A DNA stretch of 64,000 nt, from contig OY759746.1 of NCBI GenBank assembly GCA_963662795.1, positions 2,304,001-2,368,000 of the forward strand. The letters run 5' to 3'. The stretch is from Spirochaetia bacterium. Lineage in GTDB: Bacteria > Spirochaetota > Spirochaetia > CADAEX01. Below the pieces are notes generated by a model. It searched no databases. It was not told the origin of the DNA and saw nothing but the letters and a program-made list of their open reading frames with translations. Positions 41,625 to 52,710 of the stretch are shown one piece after another (within the stretch, counting starts at the first letter, position 1; every line of letters begins with the position of its first letter). The translations under genes were made by a program, and so were the position numbers.

Positions 41625-42083
41625 ATGGGGAAAGGCAGGCATTCACTGTATACACAGTTTACACCTTCAAAGCCATGTACATGTGAAATATGCCGATATT
41701 TTTGCATTCGTCCGGGGTGGTGGTTAGTCGAAGAAGCTCAAAAAGCTATTAAGGATGGGCATGCAAACAGAATGATGCTTGAATTTTCTTCAGATTTTTC
41801 TTTTGCAGTTTTATCTCCGGCCTTTAAAGGTAATGAAGCATATTTTGCATTACAAAGCTTTAGCAAGAATAAGTGTACTTTTTTTATTGAAGGCAGATGT
41901 TCAATATTTTTAAAAGAATATCAACCGATTGAATGCCGCTTTTGTCATCATGACCGCCTTGGTCTTGGCGGCAAATGTCATTGTGAAATTGGCAAGGATT
42001 GGAATACCAGCAAAGGAAAAAGACTGATTAAGCATTGGTTGAATTTATGCAATCTGCAATCACCGCCATTTTTTCATACTTAA
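41625..42083 (+). CDS. YkgJ-like cysteine-cluster protein
   Basis: CTCEICRYFCIRPG, CTFF..GRCSI....QPIECR. Confidence 0.7.
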   Translation: MGKGRHSLYTQFTPSKPCTCEICRYFCIRPGWWLVEEAQKAIKDGHANRMMLEFSSDFSFAVLSPAFKGNEAYFALQSFSKNKCTFFIEGRCSIFLKEYQPIECRFCHHDRLGLGGKCHCEIGKDWNTSKGKRLIKHWLNLCNLQSPPFFHT

Positions 42084-42193
42084 TATTTTTCTAAATCATA
42101 ATATATTTAAAAAATGAATACTCCTTGCCCGTTGGCTGGAGGTTTAAACTGCGCCCTTTTGTCAACACACTTTTGACAAGTGTTTAAGGTGTA

Positions 42194-43012
42194 TCACGCC
42201 GCCTGTTCTGCCAGGCTGACAGCCTGAAATGATTCATGTATTTCATCAGGAGTCCTGTATTCAAGACTCTGGTGGAAACGCCTGGTGTTAGAAAAATTAA
42301 AATATTGCGTTACTCCTTCCTTAAGTTCTTTAACTGTTTCATAATGTTTTATATAAATATCTTCGTACTTGAGTGATCTCCAGAGCCTTTCGACAAAAAT
42401 ATTATCAGGCGCACGGTTTTTCCCGTCCATGCTTATTCTTATGCCATAATCATGCAGTACTTCTGTCCAGCAGGGTGAAGTAAATTGGCAGCCCTGATCA
42501 GTGTTGAAAATTGCAGCCACTCCATACTTTTCAATTGTTTCATGTAAGCAGTTTGCAAATATTGGCGCATCAAGTGTATTGGTTATTATCCAGTTAAGCA
42601 CTTTGCGAGAATAAAGATCTATTACCGCCATTAGGTACACATGCCCTGATGGCAGTTTGATATAAGTCAAATCAGCAGCCCAGACCTGATTCGGGTATCT
42701 TATTATTTTCCCTTCAAGCAGATAGGGATATTTCTTGCTTTCCTGCCTTGCTTTTGAAAGATTCTCTCCGGGAAATATTGCCATAAGCCCTGCTTTTCTC
42801 ATGATTCTGCGTATCTGTTTCCGGGATACACTTAAGCCTTTACTATTGATCTCAAGAGCTATTTTTCTATAGCCATAAAATGGCAGGAGAATTAATGTTT
42901 CCCTTATCTTTTTAAGTATCTCAATATCTTTTTCCTCAACTTTCCTCCTGCTTTTGTAATATGCTGTACTTCGTGAAATAATCAGTGCCTTGCCTTGTTT
43001 TTTTATACTCAT
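42194..43012 (-). CDS. IS3 transposase OrfB (DDE)
   Basis: PNQVWAADLTY, IDLYSRKVL, NTDQG.QF, ERLWRSLKYE. Confidence 0.9.
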   Translation of the reverse strand: MSIKKQGKALIISRSTAYYKSRRKVEEKDIEILKKIRETLILLPFYGYRKIALEINSKGLSVSRKQIRRIMRKAGLMAIFPGENLSKARQESKKYPYLLEGKIIRYPNQVWAADLTYIKLPSGHVYLMAVIDLYSRKVLNWIITNTLDAPIFANCLHETIEKYGVAAIFNTDQGCQFTSPCWTEVLHDYGIRISMDGKNRAPDNIFVERLWRSLKYEDIYIKHYETVKELKEGVTQYFNFSNTRRFHQSLEYRTPDEIHESFQAVSLAEQAA

Positions 43013-43032
43013 GTTTTCATATGCCTTTTCAA

Positions 43033-43341
43033 TCAGAAGGGATCGTTTCCGTATAGTTGTTTGTACTTTTTTTTTAGGAATTCATTTCCGATCTTCATCT
43101 TTCCGAGCGTTTTGAGTGCATCATCGTACTTCTCCCCGGCTTTTCGCTCTGAATCGCTTTTTTTATTGGGCCTTTCAAAGATATCCGGCAGGTTTTCTAT
43201 TGCCTGCTTTTTCCATAGGCTGATCTGGTTTGGATGTACGTCATACTTTTTAGCAATTTCCTGTAAGGTTAGTTCCTCTCGAAGTGCATCCAGAGTTACC
43301 TTTGCCTTGAATGCCTTGTCAAATCTTTGTCTTTTTTTCAT
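43033..43341 (-). CDS. IS3 transposase OrfA
   Basis: FKAKV.L..L.EE.TL.EIA.KY.VHPNQIS.WK; FLKKK. Confidence 0.9.
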   Translation of the reverse strand: MKKRQRFDKAFKAKVTLDALREELTLQEIAKKYDVHPNQISLWKKQAIENLPDIFERPNKKSDSERKAGEKYDDALKTLGKMKIGNEFLKKKYKQLYGNDPF

Positions 43342-43721
43342 TGTGTTTTCCGCTCCTTAAATTATAGCGGGTTTTACACCTTAATCATACAGTTTTTTAT
43401 GTCTTGTTTTCTGGGCTCATTATACCTGTACCATGTTAAGGAAATACTCTCCTATTACAATAAGTGAGATAATAAGTGAAGATATAGAACCATTACCTGA
43501 AAAATTACCAGCGAGGTTTTTCTTTTTTATGTAGGTGAGATTAAAACCGATGAAACCCCAATTGCAGAAATTACAGGGTTTACTTTAAGCGGTATGTTTA
43601 ATGAAGAGGGTGAAGAAAAACATACCCTTACCTTAAAAATAAGAGAATACAAAGGAACTGATTTTGACAGTCGAATAATGCTTCGTTTGTATTTGAATCA
43701 GCTGATGAGTATGAAACAGAA

Positions 43722-43871
43722 ATGTACGGAAAATTCAGCATGAAAATTGTTGATATGGTCTTTGAGGGAGAAGAGAACTATCCTGATTCTGACTGTGAAG
43801 GCTATTTTATCCATGAGATGCGCTACCAGGTGATGGGGCAGGTAGGGTACCGGATGTTTAGTTTGGAATAG
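43722..43871 (+). pseudogene. remnant of an unknown gene, paralogous to 52711-52875
   Basis: YGKFSMKIVDMVFEGEE...RYQVMGQVGYRMF. Confidence 0.45.
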
Positions 43872-43901
43872 CTTATAAAATATTCTATATAGTTCCCTAA
43901 T

Positions 43902-44750
43902 TTATTTATATTCAGGAAGATATTTTTTTCTTAGATCCATTAAATATTCTAAATATTTTACTGATTTCTCTTTAAGTTTTTCGGCAACTCCCATTATCAA
44001 TACATTGGCAATTGCCATTGGTACTATCGGGGAGTGTAATGATCCTAATGGGCCTCTTTCAGAACAAAGTACAACTGTAGCAAGTCTTATCATTGGAGGG
44101 AGTTTGATATCAGTTATTAAAATAATATTAATATTATTATCGTGTAGTATATTCATTATTGTTTTAAAATCATTTGAAGGGCGATTAAAACTGAAAACTA
44201 TGCCACAATCATTTTTATCTATTGTTAGCATTTTTTCAATTAAATCTCTTCCGCATTCTGTAACGAAATTAGTTTTTAATCCAAATCTATTTAAGGAGAA
44301 AGCAAGATGGTAGGCAAGTGGAAGATCAGGTCCACTTCCAAAAATATGTAAACATTTTGAATTTAATATATAAGATAATGAGCTTTCGATAATTTTTTGA
44401 TCAATTTCGTTTATTGATTTAGTTAAATAATCAATTTCTTTATTTGTAATATTTTTATATGAAAAGCCATTTGAATCAATAACTTCCAATGAATGTTTAA
44501 TTTTTTCGTCAAGGGAAAGAAAAGTCTGTTGATATTTATAAAAATCAGATCTCAATTCCTGAAAACCATCAAAACCTAAAAATTGTGCAAATCTTATTAT
44601 AGAAGTTGAACCAACATCTATTCTTTTGGCTAAATCAGAAACTGAATAGAATAAAACGTCATTGATATTTGTTATAAAATAATCAGCAATTTTTTTTTGT
44701 TGTTTAGATAGCGTATTATATTTTTCCAATATTAAATCATAAGAATTCAT
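43902..44750 (-). CDS. RpiR/MurR-family regulator (HTH + SIS)
   Basis: LSKQQKKIADY, SIIRFAQ.LGF.GF, SIS domain (IFGSG, LITD). Confidence 0.9.
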   Translation of the reverse strand: MNSYDLILEKYNTLSKQQKKIADYFITNINDVLFYSVSDLAKRIDVGSTSIIRFAQFLGFDGFQELRSDFYKYQQTFLSLDEKIKHSLEVIDSNGFSYKNITNKEIDYLTKSINEIDQKIIESSLSYILNSKCLHIFGSGPDLPLAYHLAFSLNRFGLKTNFVTECGRDLIEKMLTIDKNDCGIVFSFNRPSNDFKTIMNILHDNNINIILITDIKLPPMIRLATVVLCSERGPLGSLHSPIVPMAIANVLIMGVAEKLKEKSVKYLEYLMDLRKKYLPEYK

Positions 44751-44810
44751 AAGTGAATATTACTTCTCCTTAAAATCCTATTTAAAATACAATAAATATA
44801 ATTAAATTGC

Positions 44811-44862
44811 AATGGATTGTTTAATCCATTTTAATTGACAAATGGATTATGAGGTGTATAAT
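44811..44862 (+). promoter_or_regulatory. promoter plus palindromic operator
   Basis: AATGGATT-N4-AATCCATT inverted repeat, then TTGACA-16 bp-TATAAT with another AATGGATT half-site in the spacer. Confidence 0.7.
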
Positions 44863-44895
44863 ATGGATATTATAATTTTTCATTGGAGGTTTATT

Positions 44896-45915
44896 ATGAA
44901 AAAAATTTTGTTGAATGTGCTTATTTTTCTTTTAATACCGGTTTTTATTTTTCCAGGTGGTGTAAAAGAAAAAAGTACTACTACTACTACTACTGAAGTA
45001 TCAGGTACAATAAATTTTTATACATCGTCAGTTCGTCCATTGGCTGATAAATTAGTATCTGATTTTCAGGTATTATATCCAAAGATACAGGTAAATGTTT
45101 ACAGATCCGGTACAGGAGAAATAATAGCTAAATTACAAACAGAAATAGAAGCTGGAGCTATTCAGGCAGATGTTGTAAGTTTTACTGATATAAACTATTA
45201 CGCTCTTTTATCAAATAAGGACATGCTACATCAATATATTCCTGAAAATGCAAAAAATATTTCCAAAAACTATATCTATGAAAATGGTAAATACCTCGAT
45301 TTTTTTGTTATGACAGTTGCGTTGGGATACAATACTTTACAAGTAAAGAATCCTCCAAATAGCTGGTATGATTTAATTGATCCTAAATACAAAAATAAAG
45401 TTGGAATCCCTAACCCTGTTTATTCCGGTGTTGCTTTATCAACACTTGGAACTATTGTCAAAAATAATGAATTTGGTTGGGACTATTACAAGAAACTGAA
45501 AGAAAATGGACTCAAAATATTTAGAGGAAATCCAGCGACGGCACAAGCCATTGCATCAGGTGAAATTCAGATAGGAATTGTTTCCTATGGGGATTTGCTT
45601 GCTATGAAACAAAAAGGCTCACCGGTTGATTTCATATTTTTAAAAGAGGGTGGGCCACTTATCTCACAGCCTATAGGGATTATGAAATCTTCATCAAATA
45701 TAAAAGCAGCGGAATTATTCGAAAACTACATTTTTTCAGAACCCGGCTTGAAAACTGTTGCAGAAATGAGTGGCTTTGCCACAACAAATCCATCAATTGT
45801 ACCTGAAGGGATAAAATTAGAAAATATAAAGATTATGCCTACCGACTGGGATTACGTGAATAACAAAAAAGACGAAATGCTGGATGAATTCCAGAAAATA
45901 TTTGGAAAACAGTAA
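44896..45915 (+). CDS. ABC substrate-binding protein (Fe3+/sugar-phosphate/phosphonate/thiamine class)
   Basis: GGAGG RBS before MKK; GTGEII.KL..E, PPNSWYDL.DP.YK, P.P..SG. Confidence 0.88.
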   Translation: MKKILLNVLIFLLIPVFIFPGGVKEKSTTTTTTEVSGTINFYTSSVRPLADKLVSDFQVLYPKIQVNVYRSGTGEIIAKLQTEIEAGAIQADVVSFTDINYYALLSNKDMLHQYIPENAKNISKNYIYENGKYLDFFVMTVALGYNTLQVKNPPNSWYDLIDPKYKNKVGIPNPVYSGVALSTLGTIVKNNEFGWDYYKKLKENGLKIFRGNPATAQAIASGEIQIGIVSYGDLLAMKQKGSPVDFIFLKEGGPLISQPIGIMKSSSNIKAAELFENYIFSEPGLKTVAEMSGFATTNPSIVPEGIKLENIKIMPTDWDYVNNKKDEMLDEFQKIFGKQ

Positions 45916-45995
45916 GTTTGATTTCTTTCTGCTGGTAATATTTAAAAAGTATTACCAGCTATCAATTTATTTTAGATATAAAAACAGGACCACAA

Positions 45996-47681
45996 ATGAC
46001 AGAAAAAAGATACTTAAAAAAATTATTCATTCTACTATTGGTATTTGTGATTATACTATTATCAGCGTACCCTGTGATAACTATTATACATAAAAGTTTA
46101 CAAAAGGAGCACGTTTTAAGTCTTGATAATTATATAAAAGCTTTTAGTGACAGAGATTTTTTAATTGTATTTCGTAATACATTAATGGTATGCATTTTTG
46201 TTGTTCTTTTCTCTACAATTATTGGAGTATCTCTGGCATGGATTGTAGAAAGAACAAATATCCCTTATCGAAAAAAATATAGGACATTGTTGACATTACC
46301 ATATCTTATCCCACCATTTATAGCAGCTTTTGCATGGAAGCAACTATTAGGACCAGTAGGGTATATTAACAAAATATATATGGCATTATTTCAAAAAACA
46401 GAACCATTTTTTCAAATTTATGGTTTTCATGGAATTGTTATTGTTCTTACGCTTCTAACATATCCCGTGATTTATATAATAACTGTTAAAGCGTTAAAAA
46501 TAATGAATCCAGAACTCGAAGAAGTAGCAAGGATAAGCGGTGCATCTGATTTAACCATAGCTTTGAAAATAACACTGCCGATGATTATGCCGGCAATTAC
46601 AGGTGGAATGGTGTTGGTCTTTGCAACCTGTATATCAAATTTTGGAGTACCGGCAGTGCTTGGACTTCCTGCCAATTTCCCTGTATTAACAACAGCTATC
46701 TATACGGTTATCCTTGATTATACGAGATCAAATAACTTTGCCATTGCTGCTTCGCTTTCTACATCTTTAATTATAATTGGAATAAGTATTTTAATTCTTC
46801 AAAAACAGTTTTTGTTAAATAAAAATTTCTCAATTAAAGGGCAAAAGCTTGTATTCCGGCATTCATTAATTGATCTTGGTAAAAGTAAAATTATTTTTAC
46901 ATCAATTGCCTCTGTAATTATTATTTTGACTACAATAGCACCAATAGGTGTTTTAATTTTTGATTCGTTTATTAGAGCCTATGGCCTTCCGATGTCATTT
47001 GAAAATATTACTTTTAAAAACTATATAGATATATTTACAATGAGACTAACTTTGACAGCATTAAAAAATTCTTTGATACTCGCCATTACAGCTTCTATAA
47101 TAACTTTAATTCTTGGTTTTATAATTGCATATTTAAAAACAAGAAATAATTCAAAACTTTTCTTAATTATGGATTTTATTGGTACAATTCCAAACAATAT
47201 TCCTGGAACAGTATTGGCTCTGGGTATGATATTATGCTGGTTAAAACCTATACCAATAATTAAAGTTTCAATATATGGAACCTTATGGCTGATTTTTTTA
47301 ACATATATAGCCCGATACATGGCCTTTGCATTAAGAACCAGCACTGGTTCGCTTGAACAAATGGATGTTTCCATGGAAGAAGTTGCAAAAATATGTGGTG
47401 CAGGTAATTTTAAAATATTACAAAAAATTACAGTGCCAATATTAAAAGAATCATTAATGGGGTGCTGGATTTTAATGGTTGTACCAATGTTAAATGAATT
47501 AACTGTTTCCATTCTGTTATATACATCAGGAAGAGAGACAATAGGGGTGGTCGCATTTCTATTAATGCAGGAAGGTGCAATTATGACAGCATCTGCGTTA
47601 TCTGTCTTGATGATACTATTTGTATTAATATCAAATTATTTGGCGTATTATCTTTCTAAAAAGAAAATCAGTTTAATATAA
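45996..47681 (+). CDS. ABC permease, FbpB/AfuB type (duplicated domain)
   Basis: two EAA loops (LEEVARISGA, MEEVAKICGA), NFGVP. Confidence 0.9.
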   Translation: MTEKRYLKKLFILLLVFVIILLSAYPVITIIHKSLQKEHVLSLDNYIKAFSDRDFLIVFRNTLMVCIFVVLFSTIIGVSLAWIVERTNIPYRKKYRTLLTLPYLIPPFIAAFAWKQLLGPVGYINKIYMALFQKTEPFFQIYGFHGIVIVLTLLTYPVIYIITVKALKIMNPELEEVARISGASDLTIALKITLPMIMPAITGGMVLVFATCISNFGVPAVLGLPANFPVLTTAIYTVILDYTRSNNFAIAASLSTSLIIIGISILILQKQFLLNKNFSIKGQKLVFRHSLIDLGKSKIIFTSIASVIIILTTIAPIGVLIFDSFIRAYGLPMSFENITFKNYIDIFTMRLTLTALKNSLILAITASIITLILGFIIAYLKTRNNSKLFLIMDFIGTIPNNIPGTVLALGMILCWLKPIPIIKVSIYGTLWLIFLTYIARYMAFALRTSTGSLEQMDVSMEEVAKICGAGNFKILQKITVPILKESLMGCWILMVVPMLNELTVSILLYTSGRETIGVVAFLLMQEGAIMTASALSVLMILFVLISNYLAYYLSKKKISLI

Positions 47682-47701
47682 ATTTTGTGCAGGAGTATAA
47701 A

Positions 47702-48757
47702 ATGAGTTATTTAGTACTGGAGAATATATCAAAAACTTTTGAAAATTGTAATGTTGTAAATAATATTAATCTGGAAATAAAGAAAGGTGATTTTGTTTCA
47801 CTTTTAGGTCCCTCCGGATGTGGTAAGACAACAACATTGAGAATGATAGCTGGACTTGAAAAACCTTCAGAGGGTTCAATTATATTAAACAATAAGACTA
47901 TAACATCAATAAAAGACAATATAGATATTGATGTAAAAAACAGAAATATAGGAATGGTTTTTCAGTCATATGCTTTATGGCCACATATGACGGTTAAAGA
48001 AATTCTGGAATTTCCATTGAAAATTAAGAAAATAAATAAAAATGAAATTAAAGAAAAAATAAAAAAAATACTAAAACTTATTAGAATGGAAGATTATGGC
48101 TTAAGATATCCACATCAGTTATCAGGAGGTCAACAACAAAGAGTCAGTATAGGCAGAGCTCTGATTGCTGACCCTGATTTATTATTAATGGATGAGCCTC
48201 TTTCAAATCTTGATGCCAAATTAAGAGAAGAAATGAGAATAGAAATAAAAGAGCTGCAAAGAAAAACAGGTGTTACCGTTGTTTATGTTACACATGATCA
48301 TGCTGAAGCATTGTCGGTTTCAGATAAAATAGCGATAATGTTAGATAATTCCTTACAGCAATACGAAACTCCAGAAAAAATATACACTCAGCCGGTGAAT
48401 TTAAAAGTCGCAGAATTTGTTGGGAATACAAACCTGATAGATTGCAATGTCATTAAAAATCACGAAAAGTCAAATATCAATATATTGAGTAATAATGAAA
48501 TAATATTTTCTATACCAGTAGAAATAAACGAGACTGGAGTTAACTTGATAATGATGGTTAGACCTGAAGATATTGAAATTAACAGTAAATCTGGAATCGT
48601 CAGCGGCATTATAAAACAGAAAATATACTCAGGTGAACATGTTCAATATATTGCATCAGTAAAAGATTTATTTTTGAAGATACATTCAAAAAATAATAGT
48701 TACCATATAAATGATCAGATTTTTTTAAATATCGAAAAATATTGGATTATACATTAA
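47702..48757 (+). CDS. ABC ATP-binding protein (FbpC/PotA type)
   Basis: GPSGCGKTT, VFQSYALWPH, LSGGQQQR, LLMDEP, VTHD. Confidence 0.94.
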   Translation: MSYLVLENISKTFENCNVVNNINLEIKKGDFVSLLGPSGCGKTTTLRMIAGLEKPSEGSIILNNKTITSIKDNIDIDVKNRNIGMVFQSYALWPHMTVKEILEFPLKIKKINKNEIKEKIKKILKLIRMEDYGLRYPHQLSGGQQQRVSIGRALIADPDLLLMDEPLSNLDAKLREEMRIEIKELQRKTGVTVVYVTHDHAEALSVSDKIAIMLDNSLQQYETPEKIYTQPVNLKVAEFVGNTNLIDCNVIKNHEKSNINILSNNEIIFSIPVEINETGVNLIMMVRPEDIEINSKSGIVSGIIKQKIYSGEHVQYIASVKDLFLKIHSKNNSYHINDQIFLNIEKYWIIH

Positions 48758-48778
48758 AAAATTAAAGGTAAAGGTATT

Positions 48779-49726
48779 ATGTTAGATCAAACATCTCTTG
48801 AAATATTAAATAAAATAGATAATTGTATCGTTGTTGAAAAATCTGAAATAATTAGCAATAATTATATAAAATTATTAAAATATCTTGAAGAAATTTCATA
48901 TCCACTGAAAAAAGTTATTTACAAATTATTGAATGATCCTTTCCCTGATTTTGCAGTAAATTGTTTATATACAGAAATTGAAGAAGTGTTGCTAAGAGGC
49001 AAGACTTTGGATAATAGAAAATTATTATTTAAAATTGCTCCAGGCTCTTCCTTCGATAGTCATAATAATTTCCCCGGTGGGCTTATTATTCACACATTGA
49101 CTAATATTGAATTAGCAATTGATAATATTGAATCATTTAAAAAAATATATCCCAAATTAACAATTGACCGGGATAACATTGTAGCTGCATTTTTAATGCA
49201 TGATATAATGAAGTCATGGATAATGACCTGGAAAGATGATTTTACATCATACCCTGATATCAATGTTGAAGGACATAAATTACATCATCTTTTAATAATT
49301 GCGCAGGCAATAAATGATGGATTAGATAATAAACTGATAAAAATTATTGCATCAATTCATTATCATCCAATAAAAGAAAAAATACAAATATATGATGCAA
49401 TCAAAATTGCAACAAAACTTGTGCAAAATAGAAAAATATATATTGATGAGACTTTATCTATTGAACAGTGGATAGGTTATTCAACAGAACATCAATCCCG
49501 TGATTTATTATTGTATTGCAACAAAATAATCCAGGAAGAAATAAAAGAATCGTTAAAAAGAATATTTAATAATGAAATTACTGATTTAAATATAAATGCC
49601 ATAAGAAATATAATTCTTTCTCTAGAAACAGATTTACAATTATATGATTATTTGGTTACTCATGAGAAAAATAATTTTGATAAAAAAATATTTGATTTAT
49701 TAAGTAAAATTATTCATACATTTTAG
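48779..49726 (+). CDS. HD-domain metal-dependent phosphohydrolase
   Basis: APGS..SH..PGGL..HT, MHD..K, HH, IASIH. Confidence 0.75.
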   Translation: MLDQTSLEILNKIDNCIVVEKSEIISNNYIKLLKYLEEISYPLKKVIYKLLNDPFPDFAVNCLYTEIEEVLLRGKTLDNRKLLFKIAPGSSFDSHNNFPGGLIIHTLTNIELAIDNIESFKKIYPKLTIDRDNIVAAFLMHDIMKSWIMTWKDDFTSYPDINVEGHKLHHLLIIAQAINDGLDNKLIKIIASIHYHPIKEKIQIYDAIKIATKLVQNRKIYIDETLSIEQWIGYSTEHQSRDLLLYCNKIIQEEIKESLKRIFNNEITDLNINAIRNIILSLETDLQLYDYLVTHEKNNFDKKIFDLLSKIIHTF

Positions 49727-49761
49727 TTTTACTTTTGCCAAATATATTTCAATAAAATATA

Positions 49762-49937
49762 GGGTACCTCTAAAAACTATAGTGAATTTTCATAAATTAC
49801 AATAAATGTTATACTCTCATTTAGAGAGAAAGTAAAAATGAAAAAACAGCGTGGTTTTTTTGATGACGAATTGAAGTTTAAGGATCTTGAAAAACAGTGA
49901 GATCCATAATAGCATTAAATAAACTGATTAAATTGTA
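49762..49937 (+). mobile_element. IS5-family left-end remnant
   Basis: GGGTACCTCTAAAAAC end; MKKQRGFFD...DP...LNK.I N-terminus with a stop. Confidence 0.65.
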
Positions 49938-50189
49938 AGAAGTAGCGCTTAATATATTTTTATTGAAATTATAGCACTCATTTGTAATTATTCATAAAGA
50001 AAAAGCAGAGAGCTTTTTCTTTCCTTCCAGAAATCAGGAATTATTTCATTACACCCTGAAATATAGGGGATAATCCGCCCTTTCTTTAATAACCCCTAAC
50101 CCTAACATAATATTCATGGGATTTTTTGAACTTGATCCTCCACTTGAGGAGGCCTCAAATGACGGATCTTCTCTGACCGGAATAAAATT

Positions 50190-50396
50190 GATAGTGTCCA
50201 GTATTGTTCGCAATTTGGTAGTTGAAAATAGTCATTGGAAGCTCCAGAATGTTGTTAACGAGACAAACATGGAGGAAACAACCAATGACCAAAAAAAGAT
50301 ACCACGTTCTTTGAAAACAAACTACTGGAATCCATAACAGAAGAAGATCCCTTGCTTGAAATGCTCAAATGGGTTACTGAAAAGCTGGTTGAATGT
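50190..50396 (+). mobile_element. IS256-family 5' remnant
   Basis: GGAGG RBS then a frameshifted MTKKKDTTFFE..L....EDPLLEMLKW N-terminus. Confidence 0.5.
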
Positions 50397-50436
50397 CACA
50401 TTCGGTGATAAATTGCTGCAATTGTCCGGTTTAAAA

Positions 50437-51554
50437 GAGCCTGTAAAAATTTCTGTGTAACTGACTTTTTTATTCATCAGAAAACCGATCTCCATATTCC
50501 AATAAAAATAGGTTCATCGCCGGTTTCCACTCACGGAGAGGCATGCTCCATTTCTTTGAAGCCTGCTTTGCAGCCAGGTATATAATTTTAAATGCCGATT
50601 TGTCATTGGGAAATATCCTGCGATTTTTTATGGCTTTTCGAATTACACTGTTTAAAGATTCAATTGCATTTGTCGTATAAATTATTTTACGGATTTCATC
50701 AGGATAATCAAAGATTGTTATCAGGTTTTCCCAGCTTTTCCCCACATTCTGCTGATCGATGCATATTGACTGTCCCACTTATCTGAAAATATCACTAATT
50801 CCCTTTCTGCTTCATCAAGGGTTATTGAAGAGTAGATTCTTTTCAAATCCCCAGCCAGTTCTTTACAGTCTTTATAGGAAACGTATTTCAAAGAGTTCCT
50901 TACCATGTGTACAAATGCATAATCGGATTTTTGTTTTGGGAAATACTGTATTTATCTCTTCAGGGAAGCCTGTAAGTCCATCAACACTTGCAATGAAGAT
51001 ATCTTTTACACCTCTGGGAGTGAAGTTCCGTTAGTATAGAAAGCCAGAACTTCACTCCTTCGTTTTCTGATATCCAGAGTCCCAAAAGTTCCTTAATTCC
51101 TTCTGTGGTAACACCCAGGGCAAGATAAACAGCCTTGTTGATTACTCTTTTATCCTGATGCACCTTTACGACAATGCAATCAAGGTAAATTATCGGATAG
51201 ACACTCTCTAGTGGTCGGTTTTGCCGCTGCTCAACTTCCTCAAGAACCGCATCGGTTATTACTTTTTTGCCTGTACGGCCCATTACGGCTGTTCAGTTTA
51301 TTGCGGTCCTGGCTTGAATGCTTCTCGTAACCTAAGTGGCTATCCAGTTCTGCATTAAGGGCTTTCTCAATTGTCAATTTCATCAGCCGGCCTAAAGGGT
51401 TTGCAAGATCCGATTCACTCTTGACCCCTTTTGCCAGTTCTGTTGCCATTTCTTCCAAACGCTCTTTATCCATCATAATACTGCTCATTCTATATCCTTT
51501 GCCTCTGTGAGGCTATTTAGAATTTTGCAGTTACACAGTTTTTAGTACAGAGTC
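50437..51554 (-). mobile_element. IS256-family element with fragmented transposase
   Basis: IRs GAGCCTGTA...CTGTGTAACTG / GACTCTGTA...CTGTGTAACTG; 8-bp flanks GTTTAAAA/GTTTAAAT; YPIIYLD, KELLGLW, IYTTNAIES. Confidence 0.88.
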
Positions 51555-51566
51555 GTTTAAATTTGC

Positions 51567-52420
51567 GGGCACCTCTAAAAACCCTTGTTAAAACAAATTT
51601 TTTTTTTGACTTGTGCCAGATATGCGGTCCTTTTAATAAACCCATGATTTCCAGTATGCAGTCTGTCTGCAGTCAAGCCGTTATGCCCTGCATATCTGCA
51701 GGTATCTTATCATATTATAAGTCAGATTTGTCAGTCCAATTACTGCATTGGCCCTTATTATTCCAATTGATCTTATAATATTTCCTTTTAATGATTTTTT
51801 TATGCACCCAAATACATGCTCTATCCTGCAGCGAATTTTTGATTTCTTTCTGTTCCTTACCATTTGCTGCCTGCTTAAAGTTTTATACCTATAGCTTTTT
51901 TCATGTATCCGATTTTTTATATTATTTTCCTCCAATGTGCTTTTTTTAATTGTTTTTCCTGAATAAGCACTGTCTGCATACATTTCATGATGATAATCTT
52001 TTTCTGTAATAAGGTTTTCCATAACTTGACTGTCATGCACTGAAGCCGATGTTATACAATATTTTTTTATCAGTTTTGATTTACAGTCAATATTTATATG
52101 ATTCTTGTAGCCATAATGTCTTTGCCCTGTCTTTGTAACCCAGCGGGCATCTACTATTTTCCCATTTTGCGCTATAATTCCTTTGTCATAGAGGTATAGT
52201 CCAAACTTTTCAAAAAGTACTTCTACTTTGCCTGATTTTGTAAGGGTTTCGCGAAATAGCCATATTGTTTTTTCATCCGGCACCTGATCCTGAAGCTCTA
52301 ATCCCAAAAACCTCATAAAAGAAAAACGATCCATTATTTGAAACTGAGTCTGTGCATCTGACAAGTTATAAAGTCTCTGAAGAATCAGTATTTTAAACAT
52401 CAGCACATAGTCATAGGCAG
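51567..52420 (-). mobile_element. IS5-family transposase remnant with right end
   Basis: LMFKIL.LQ.LYNLSD, VPDEKTIW.FRE, YGYK.H, ADSAY, RCRIEHVFG; GGGCACCTCTAAAAAC end; N-terminus and a central part missing. Confidence 0.82.
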
Positions 52421-52710
52421 GTAATGATAAGCCTTTCACATCATACAGGTATGCTGCGCACTGGATGAGCTGTTTAAAAAAGCACACTTCTCGGCGCGGT
52501 TGCTGACACAATAAAACTAAACGAGCTGGATCTCTATTCATCTGAAAACAGGGGAACCGGGGAAGCAGATGAAACTGCATTATGTGCAATTACGGGATTT
52601 AAGCTAAAGGGAAAGTTTACAGCTGGTGGTTAGAAAAGCCATACTCTGACCCTTAAAGTGCAAAAGTCTCTCTCAGATATAAATTTGCTAAAGAGCCTTA
52701 AAAAAAATAT

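Larger units (their letters stand above)
42145..43424 (-). mobile_element. IS3-family element, near full length
   Basis: imperfect IRs TAAACTGCGCCC.. / TATAATGAGCCC..; OrfA and OrfB inside; no target duplication seen. Confidence 0.85.

Noticed and set aside
42121-42170. GC-rich stretch first read as a second attC
   Set aside because: Mostly explained as the right inverted repeat of the IS3 element.
52420-52589. N-terminal part of the 302-aa ORF as a novel transposase fusion
   Set aside because: It is read-through into unrelated DNA after loss of the IS5 5' end.
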